The position numbers were made by a program, and so were the translations under genes. Under the pieces are notes generated by a model. It saw only the letters and a program-made list of their open reading frames with translations, had not been told where the DNA came from and made no database searches. This document shows positions 37,495 through 43,864 of a stretch of DNA of 57,423 nt, one piece after another. Origin of the DNA: a virus (taxonomy: Duplodnaviria > Caudoviricetes); the IMG/VR virus record IMGVR_UViG_3300030329_003887, positions 1 to 57,423 of that record. One strand, written 5' to 3'. Numbering within the stretch: the stretch's first letter is position 1; every line of letters starts with the position of its first letter.

Positions 37495-37686
37495 ATGAAA
37501 GATATTATTAATTCTCTTTTTTGTTCTCAGAAGCGTATCTCTTGGCGTCGGCTTGCTGTTCTGGCTCTTGGCACTGGGCTGCTTGCTCTCGGTATGCTTG
37601 CTTCGGAGCAATGGCTGTACTTAGCCTTGGCTTACATTGCCGGTGACTCCGCAGAAAAAGCCATGGCTGCAATCTCAAAGAAGTGA
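37495..37686 (+). CDS. Holin-like small membrane protein
   Basis: 63 aa, basic SWRRL followed by two hydrophobic segments, YIAG motif, basic C-terminus. Confidence 0.6.
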   Translation: MKDIINSLFCSQKRISWRRLAVLALGTGLLALGMLASEQWLYLALAYIAGDSAEKAMAAISKK

Positions 37687-37689
37687 CGA

Positions 37690-38070
37690 ATGACCCTAAA
37701 GGCAACAGCGTTTGATGCTGCTCTGGATTTTAAGATTATCCAGCAGGATGACTGCGTCAATACAGCAAATGTGAATGTTGCTGGTGGCCCATGCCGACTA
37801 CTGTATTTTGAGATCGATAACCAAGGTGGCGCTGCTCCATGCTTTCTGCGAATCTTTGACGGAGAAGCGGTAACGGTCGGATCCACTACCCCAGAAATGA
37901 CTTTCAAATGCTTGGCTGAAGACGTCTCTAAAGTCGCCATTCCAAATGGTAAGCATTTTAAGAACCTTACTTTCTGGGCAACCCGAAACGCTACACCCAC
38001 AGACAACACTGCCCCCTCAATGAGTGGCAGCAATAAACTGCTGGTAACCATTATTGTTCAGCCGGATTAA
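37690..38070 (+). CDS. Small beta-sandwich structural protein, paralog 3
   Basis: LLYFEIDN...CFLRIFD..AVTVGSTTPE...GKHFKNLTFWAT. Confidence 0.65.
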   Translation: MTLKATAFDAALDFKIIQQDDCVNTANVNVAGGPCRLLYFEIDNQGGAAPCFLRIFDGEAVTVGSTTPEMTFKCLAEDVSKVAIPNGKHFKNLTFWATRNATPTDNTAPSMSGSNKLLVTIIVQPD

Positions 38071-38072
38071 GT

Positions 38073-38444
38073 ATGCCCCATAGTACTGCTACAACTCCGA
38101 CTGCCTTAGCTGGAACTCTCGTCACCATAGAGTGTAATGCTTCAGCAGAAAACAATGTCTCTAATGATAGTTCAGGAAAGCTCTACCAAATAAAGGCAGA
38201 CAACTCCCTGAACACAGACCTGCCTGCTTACGTGAAAATCGTAGATGCAGCAAGCGCAACTGTTGGAACAACAAATCCAGATATTATGATTGAAGTCCCA
38301 GCGGGAGAGACCGCGCATTACCTATTTGAGGCTGGTTGGACTTATTCTTCCGGATTGTCAGTCTGGTGTACATCTGGTCCTGAGTCCATTAGTAACTCTC
38401 CCATGGGCAATTCTGTTTCCGTTGCCCTGTTAGCATCGACGTGA
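38073..38444 (+). CDS. Small beta-sandwich structural protein, paralog 4
   Basis: GKLYQIKADN...AYVKIVD..SATVGTTNPD...GWTYSSGLSVWCT. Confidence 0.65.
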   Translation: MPHSTATTPTALAGTLVTIECNASAENNVSNDSSGKLYQIKADNSLNTDLPAYVKIVDAASATVGTTNPDIMIEVPAGETAHYLFEAGWTYSSGLSVWCTSGPESISNSPMGNSVSVALLAST

Positions 38445-38451
38445 GGTAGTT

Positions 38452-38694
38452 TTGGATGGTGTATTCCCCATTTTGGGTGCCCTCATATTGGGAATCTTTA
38501 CGCTCATATTCGCAAAGAAAACTTCCAAGAAAGAGGCGAAGCCCATGGTTCCGCCCAAGAACACTGCTGCTGAAATTGCTGGCGAAGCTGTCCAGCAAAC
38601 TTTCGAGGAAGAGGTAGCCCGAATCAAGAAAGCTAAAGAGGGAGACGACGCAGCGTCAGCTCTTGCTGATCTGGGCAATGCGAGAAAAAGATGA
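38452..38694 (+). CDS. Membrane-anchored protein (lysis module, spanin-like by position)
   Basis: N-terminal TM segment then charged helix; TTG start after GAGG. Confidence 0.5.
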   Translation: MDGVFPILGALILGIFTLIFAKKTSKKEAKPMVPPKNTAAEIAGEAVQQTFEEEVARIKKAKEGDDAASALADLGNARKR

Positions 38695-39128
38695 TCTTCT
38701 TTCTCCTTTCAGCCGCTTTGGCCGGTCCACTTTTAGAGCGCCCGCCCGTAGGGGAAGCTGTAAAAGGACAGTGCAATAAGGTATACCCTGTCCAGAAAGG
38801 TAAGCCTTTGCCCGCCCAAGTTGTGGGGCAGGATGGGACACCCAATTGTTACGCAGTTCTAGTCCCACTCTCTGATTACTCAGATCTTTTGGCGACAGAA
38901 GTCTGGGCAACGTCGATTGCGCAACAATACCAAATAGATACGACAGTGTTGAAGTCTGATATTGATTGGTATAAAGCCAAGTTGGAACTGGAAACTAAGC
39001 CCTCACCATGGCTGGAAAGACCAGCAACACAGCGTTGGCTTGGTAGAATAGAAACGATAGTGGTCGTCGGAGTTGTCACCGCTGGGTTAGGGACTACTTA
39101 CTACTACGCGGCAGGGGCAGGAAAATGA
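38691..39128 (+). CDS. Secreted/membrane protein (lysis module)
   Basis: Signal-peptide-like N-terminus and C-terminal hydrophobic segment. Confidence 0.55.
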   Translation: MIFFLLSAALAGPLLERPPVGEAVKGQCNKVYPVQKGKPLPAQVVGQDGTPNCYAVLVPLSDYSDLLATEVWATSIAQQYQIDTTVLKSDIDWYKAKLELETKPSPWLERPATQRWLGRIETIVVVGVVTAGLGTTYYYAAGAGK

Positions 39129-39412
39129 ACTTCAAAGACTTTATTGTTCCCACAATCACTGTGGTATTTGCTGCCGGAGTTTCTTTTGCTTCATTTGAAT
39201 CTGCAGCAAAAGACACAGAAGAGCTGGATAAGCGGGTCACCAATCTCGAATCTAAGTCAGGAAAACAAGAAGTTGTAGACCTGAAAATCGAAGGCGTTGA
39301 GAAGCGGCTCGATAAGATGGAAGACCTGATGGCCAAGATGTTGGAAGTTCAACAACAACAAGCGATTAATCAAGCCAAGATTTGCTCAGCTACAAACGCC
39401 GACTGTGACTGA
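39125..39412 (+). CDS. Membrane-anchored coiled-coil protein
   Basis: N-terminal TM segment, heptad-like region. Confidence 0.55.
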   Translation: MNFKDFIVPTITVVFAAGVSFASFESAAKDTEELDKRVTNLESKSGKQEVVDLKIEGVEKRLDKMEDLMAKMLEVQQQQAINQAKICSATNADCD

Positions 39413-39987
39413 TGCGCCCATTCTTATTGGACTATGTTGCCTCTCTTGGGCATGCCGTATTTGAGAAGGGCCATTACAACCTGAATATTATTGGCATCCG
39501 CAGCAAAGATCATAAAGCGAATAGTTTCGATGATCGCATCTGCGTAGTCTTTAAGGATGAACAGGGCTGGGTCACACGTACTTGGGAATGTACAACAGAA
39601 CCGGGCAAATACTGGCTTGAGAATCCCAGTAATATCAATGGAACTGCTATCCTAGTACCGGGTCAATATCGTTCTGTCTGGAAGATCGATAAGCACCAAG
39701 GGAAATATGATGCGCTCTGCCAACGAAACGGCCCGGTCAGGACTTACCGAGATAGCAATAAAGACAGCATTATTGATGCTGATGTACAGTCTATTACTGA
39801 AGGCTGGTATGGAATCAATATCCACAAGGCTGGATCCGCGTCAACGCAAGTAGATAGATGGTCCGCAGGCTGCCAAGTGTTTAGCCACAGTGCAGACTTT
39901 GAAGAGTTCATGAGTATCTGCTATGCAGCAAAGAGTAAATGGGGCAATAGTTTTAGCTATACCTTGATTGATGAGCCGGAGTTTTAA
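39412..39987 (+). CDS. Putative endolysin, YkuD/L,D-transpeptidase-like Cys peptidase
   Basis: GINIHKAG...WSAGCQV (H...SxGC catalytic pattern), TTEPG; located in the membrane-protein cluster. Confidence 0.7.
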   Translation: MRPFLLDYVASLGHAVFEKGHYNLNIIGIRSKDHKANSFDDRICVVFKDEQGWVTRTWECTTEPGKYWLENPSNINGTAILVPGQYRSVWKIDKHQGKYDALCQRNGPVRTYRDSNKDSIIDADVQSITEGWYGINIHKAGSASTQVDRWSAGCQVFSHSADFEEFMSICYAAKSKWGNSFSYTLIDEPEF

Positions 39988-40296
39988 GTGGAAGCCCTCA
40001 TAGACACATTATTGTCAGGGGGCCACTTAGGAGTTTTTGCTGCCTTTTTGGTGTATCAGTTTATGGCAATGCAGAAACGCCTCGACAAACTGGTCAATGG
40101 ATTCCAAGAACAACTGGATGAAATCCGAAAAGAGTATGAAGCTCGATCAGAAAAGATGCGTGAACGCTATGACCGAGTCATCCAAGAGTACAGAGACAAC
40201 GCCGATAATCAGTCAAAAGATTTCCTGATTACACGGACCAAAGTCCATAATGATATCGTAGCTAAACTAGACCGACTCATAGAGAAGGCCAAGTAG
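39988..40296 (+). CDS. Membrane-anchored coiled-coil protein (holin/antiholin-like)
   Basis: N-terminal TM (HLGVFAAFLVYQF) followed by coiled coil; GTG start. Confidence 0.55.
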   Translation: MEALIDTLLSGGHLGVFAAFLVYQFMAMQKRLDKLVNGFQEQLDEIRKEYEARSEKMRERYDRVIQEYRDNADNQSKDFLITRTKVHNDIVAKLDRLIEKAK

Positions 40297-40581
40297 CTAC
40301 AGTTTTGAGAACTCTTGGATTGTTCGGTATCGGAGTTCTCCGCCGACATCATCCTTGAGACAATGCTGCAGACCTTTAGAGTCTACGCCTTTGTGACGCC
40401 CCAGTTGGGCCAATGCTGCGTTGAGGCTTTCTTCTGAAGAGAAAGAAAGTGTACCACTTCGCCGACCTCCAACGACCTCGACCTTGAATAGCTCAACCTT
40501 TGGGGCAGCTTTTTTCTTTGCGGGGGCCTTTTTCTTTGCAGGCGCTTTTTTCTTTGCAGGTGCTTTTTTTGGGTCAGGCAT
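40297..40581 (-). CDS. Small basic protein with histone H1-like KKAPAKK repeats
   Basis: MPDPKKAPAKKKAPAKKKAPAKKKAAPK; GAGG RBS before ATG 40581 (start revised). Confidence 0.7.
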   Translation of the reverse strand: MPDPKKAPAKKKAPAKKKAPAKKKAAPKVELFKVEVVGGRRSGTLSFSSEESLNAALAQLGRHKGVDSKGLQHCLKDDVGGELRYRTIQEFSKL

Positions 40582-40615
40582 AATACTTTCCTCGTGTGCA
40601 AGAATAACATAAAAG

Positions 40616-40662
40616 GATAAAAGCCCCAACCCTTGTCCATTCAACAAAACAAAGGTTGGGGC
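40616..40662 (-). terminator. Rho-independent terminator candidate
   Basis: GCCCCAACCTTTGT...ACAAGGGTTGGGGC followed by TTTTAT. Confidence 0.55.
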
Positions 40663-40705
40663 ACCTGTTACCACAATACTTCTACTCCTACAGGAAGGAG
40701 GTGGG

Positions 40706-40732
40706 AAAAAGCTGGGAACTACAAACCCCAGC
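40706..40732 (-). terminator. Rho-independent terminator candidate
   Basis: GCTGGGG-TTTGTAGT-TCCCAGC followed by TTTTT. Confidence 0.5.
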
Positions 40733-40834
40733 GGATGAGAGAGATCGTTGTGATTACCGATGTTCCCTGATCCTCTATGCGAAACTATCTTAAGGCTTCT
40801 CTGATCAATATGGCGGACAGATTTTGACCGAAAG

Positions 40835-40917
40835 CCCCAACCCCCTACCCGGTGGGAATCAGTTCAGTACCATTCCCTGCTTTGAAGATACTGAATGACG
40901 TGGGTAGGGGGAAGGGG
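40835..40917 (-). ncRNA. Candidate structured RNA: long closing stem enclosing an H-type pseudoknot
   Basis: CCCCTTCCCCCTACCC/GGGTAGGGGGTTGGGG outer stem; inside TTCAGTA...GGGAAT-GG-TACTGAA-CTG-ATTCCC (crossing 7-bp and 6-bp stems). Confidence 0.45.
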
Positions 40918-40927
40918 AGACGGATAA

Positions 40928-41185
40928 CTATCCAACTAAAATACGCATTGACCTGTACAGCGCAATCTTCCCATTTTCAGTCGGATAGATTCGATCCTCC
41001 TTACTAGAGATTAGGTTCCGCCTTTGAAGTGATCGAACATTTTCAATGATGTTGGCTTTTTCTTGTTCAGTGTCTTCAATGATTCCACTTACGGTCCAGT
41101 ATCCCGGTTCAGACACGGCATAACTAAGAACCATTTGGGCTAGAGACCCACGTAAGACAAATCTCTGGCCAACTTTTGGAGCCAT
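40928..41185 (-). CDS. Small hypothetical protein, possibly winged helix
   Basis: VRSLQRRNLISSKEDRIYPTENGKIAL resembles a wHTH wing; start revised to ATG 41185. Confidence 0.55.
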   Translation of the reverse strand: MAPKVGQRFVLRGSLAQMVLSYAVSEPGYWTVSGIIEDTEQEKANIIENVRSLQRRNLISSKEDRIYPTENGKIALYRSMRILVG

Positions 41186-41186
41186 C

Positions 41187-41456
41187 TCAGGCTTCTGCAC
41201 CCTGCAACATTAATAGCGTAATAAACAAACCACCCAACCTATCGATTGCATCACTGGGGCACTCAGAAGAATCATACTCGACTGACACTAAAACTTTATC
41301 ATTGGCAACTAACGAGAAGCCACAAAGTTTTCGGTATTTTGTAAGAAATTCTACTTTTGCTCCAGAGAGTTTCTCTAACTTAGCGATCAGAGTAAGGGCG
41401 TATCCCCAATCGCTGAGCTGGGAGTTTAAACCTAAACATTCAAAAGCTTTCATCAT
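41187..41456 (-). CDS. Hypothetical protein
   Basis: 89 aa ORF in tightly packed operon. Confidence 0.6.
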   Translation of the reverse strand: MMKAFECLGLNSQLSDWGYALTLIAKLEKLSGAKVEFLTKYRKLCGFSLVANDKVLVSVEYDSSECPSDAIDRLGGLFITLLMLQGAEA

Positions 41457-41671
41457 GATTCTCTTAATCTTTCCATCCCCTTTAAGAGCAGCTCCGCAAC
41501 CTCGGTCAACTCTTGGGCACTGTCTTCGATATCAAGCATGTTCATAGCTGCCTCTGTTAGCCTCCCGGCTTTGTCTACAGATTTAAGCATGACGCATACA
41601 GGGCACCGATGCGGATGGTCTTGAAAAACAATAACCATGCCCTTGTGTCGGTCGCAACTATGAAGAGACAT
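41453..41671 (-). CDS. Small putative Zn-binding protein
   Basis: CDRH...CPVC; ATG at 41671 overlaps upstream TGA, GGAGG RBS. Confidence 0.55.
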   Translation of the reverse strand: MSLHSCDRHKGMVIVFQDHPHRCPVCVMLKSVDKAGRLTEAAMNMLDIEDSAQELTEVAELLLKGMERLRES

Positions 41672-42996
41672 CAGTTCCCTCCAACATCGATGTAAGTCCA
41701 CTCTTTGCGGGGCTTACCTTTGGGGCGCGAAGTGCTCATAACAATGACTTGGCAGTCAATGGATTCGAGCGCGGCCATGGTCTTAGCCAAAGTTTTCATA
41801 TCCCACATTCGGTCATCTAAAATAATGACTGCGGGATTCTCTTCTCCCCTGAAAGAGACAAGAGCCGCCGCCATTGCGCCGAGTGTCCGAGCTTCTGTAC
41901 TACCGGACAGGGCCTGATGGAAACCACCTTCCCGCTCCAGTCCGATAGTTATCCCGCCCGAATCAGATATTTGAAATACATCACCCTTGGGCAGGAAGGT
42001 GTTGACTTTGGAAGAAAACTTTTCCCAAATATTATTCTTATTTAGGAGAGCTGCGCGAACTAGTTTTAATCCTTCTTCGAGTTCACTATAGACTTCAATC
42101 TCCTGAGAGAAGCCATCTGTAGTTTGTTTGATCTCTATGACAGATTGATAATCAGACAGCTCGCGCATCTTATCTAGCAGTCTCGCTCGGCAAACATTAA
42201 TGCTTCCCATCGCTTTGAGTTCTTCTGGCGAGCCCAAAGCTTGAAGTTGTTCGCGGACTACTCCCATTGCACGTTCTTTAAAGTCAGCCTCGCCCGGACC
42301 AGAAGAATAAGCCTGATACATATTCCGTAACTTGGCAAGTTTCTGGGCCTTTTCTAGATCTTCCCACAAAGGTGTGAGGTCAGCTTCGCTTACAGCGGTG
42401 ATGCTTTTTTGTTCCAGCATCTTTTTGCCCGAAGAGGCCAAAGAGGAATATTCTCTTTTCTTCTTACCCATTAAAGTAATGAGCTTATTCAGATCCGTTT
42501 CCTTAGCCTGAGTTCTGTCGGATAAGGATTCGCCAAACTCAGCGCCCAAAGCTTCCAGCAGGTCTTCCCAATCGAAGTCAATGGATTTATGGAACTCAGA
42601 ATAAAAGAAGCTCCGGATCGTATCATCACTTGACGACATCAAAGCTTTAAGCTCATTGATCGGAAGGGCGTGCCCCATTTGACCAGAGTTCTTTGGTGCT
42701 TTCCCAGCCTCTAGTCTCCACTCGGCAACCTCTCCAGTATCCAGTTGAGCGGTAGCCTTAACGCTAGCGTTTCCTTCGGGCATCAGACGGCCCAAAAACT
42801 TCCCGCTCTTAACGGGCTTATCTCGGTACAGGATTCCAGAAGCTGAACCTGTAAGGGCAAGCTGTACCGCTTCTGCGATAGTACTTTTTCCGCTCTCGTT
42901 CGGTCCAACCAGAAGGGTATACTGCCCTAGATGGGTTGTTCGGGGTAACCCATCCGGGCTTTTAACATTTGTCGTGATTACTCTTACAAAGCTCAT
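41671..42996 (-). CDS. Rad50/SMC-like ABC-type ATPase with short coiled coil
   Basis: Walker A GPNESGKST, signature LSGS, Walker B IILDD, split ATPase halves. Confidence 0.8.
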   Translation of the reverse strand: MSFVRVITTNVKSPDGLPRTTHLGQYTLLVGPNESGKSTIAEAVQLALTGSASGILYRDKPVKSGKFLGRLMPEGNASVKATAQLDTGEVAEWRLEAGKAPKNSGQMGHALPINELKALMSSSDDTIRSFFYSEFHKSIDFDWEDLLEALGAEFGESLSDRTQAKETDLNKLITLMGKKKREYSSLASSGKKMLEQKSITAVSEADLTPLWEDLEKAQKLAKLRNMYQAYSSGPGEADFKERAMGVVREQLQALGSPEELKAMGSINVCRARLLDKMRELSDYQSVIEIKQTTDGFSQEIEVYSELEEGLKLVRAALLNKNNIWEKFSSKVNTFLPKGDVFQISDSGGITIGLEREGGFHQALSGSTEARTLGAMAAALVSFRGEENPAVIILDDRMWDMKTLAKTMAALESIDCQVIVMSTSRPKGKPRKEWTYIDVGGN

Positions 42997-43205
42997 TGTT
43001 CCTCCCAGTACTTTTGAGCGTAGTTTCGGATTACAGCCTCATAGACTGCGCTTGGCTGGTTTTTGCCTGTTCGCCAGCGTCGAACACTTGTAGAACTCGG
43101 GTTGATATTATTGGGGAGTTCGCCTCCGATAGCTACAGCTATCTTTTCATCTGAGATACCCGCCCCCCGAAGCTCAACTAAGATTTCTTGGATTGCTTTT
43201 TTCAT
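42993..43205 (-). CDS. XRE/Cro-like HTH protein
   Basis: GISDEKIAVAIG...SSTSVRRWRTGKNQPS. Confidence 0.7.
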   Translation of the reverse strand: MKKAIQEILVELRGAGISDEKIAVAIGGELPNNINPSSTSVRRWRTGKNQPSAVYEAVIRNYAQKYWEEQ

Positions 43206-43653
43206 TTTTAGGTCCGTTGACTATGACGCGATAACCACGGGTCCAGTCGTCCGCGTCAACCGCTTGAACCCCAGTAACTTTCATGAGTTTTTCGCCGTCC
43301 CTGTCCCAAAGGAACAGGTCTCTTTCGGCTTGAAGTGCATTATCGAGGATTCCGGCAGTGGCTCTCCCGCAATACTCACTGGGCACGACAAACATATGGT
43401 AACATATGTCGCCAGTTGTTGAGTGCCTTCGAGTCACTACTTTTTTCTGCCATGCTTCCCAGTCTCCACGCCATGTCATGCGATGCTCTTTGCGGCCCGA
43501 GATCACATAGACAGCGGGAGAAGAATCTCCGAACTTCTTTAAGAATCTTTTCTTCAGAAAGTCCTCAAGCTCGACACGCTGTGTAGCTATTTCGGATGGG
43601 CGGTCAGTCGCAGAGTGTGCGTAGAAAACACCTAGATGTTTTGGTCTAGCCAT
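43174..43653 (-). CDS. Hypothetical protein
   Basis: 159 aa ORF overlapping its neighbours. Confidence 0.65.
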   Translation of the reverse strand: MARPKHLGVFYAHSATDRPSEIATQRVELEDFLKKRFLKKFGDSSPAVYVISGRKEHRMTWRGDWEAWQKKVVTRRHSTTGDICYHMFVVPSEYCGRATAGILDNALQAERDLFLWDRDGEKLMKVTGVQAVDADDWTRGYRVIVNGPKNEKSNPRNLS

Positions 43654-43864
43654 CGTCTGCCCCCAAATATGCCAGCTTCTTTAGCTTTCTCTTGGCTGCC
43701 CTTTCTGCGCCAATCTTTGCAGTGTAGTGCCCAACAAAGACTGGAATAGCGAGCGGAGCGCTGGACTCTTCTGGGCGAAGCTCATCCTTACAGATGACTA
43801 GCCTCCAACACTTCCCATCTTTGGGGGCATCTTTCAGGTTAAATATTCGGTGGGTGTAGGGCAT
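43646..43864 (-). CDS. Hypothetical protein
   Basis: 72 aa ORF, GGAGG RBS at end of the polymerase gene. Confidence 0.6.
   Translation of the reverse strand: MPYTHRIFNLKDAPKDGKCWRLVICKDELRPEESSAPLAIPVFVGHYTAKIGAERAAKRKLKKLAYLGADDG

Noticed and set aside
40740-40830. Hammerhead ribozyme (CTGA...GAAA present)
   Set aside because: The core reads CTGATCC rather than CTGANGA, and the required stems could not be built.
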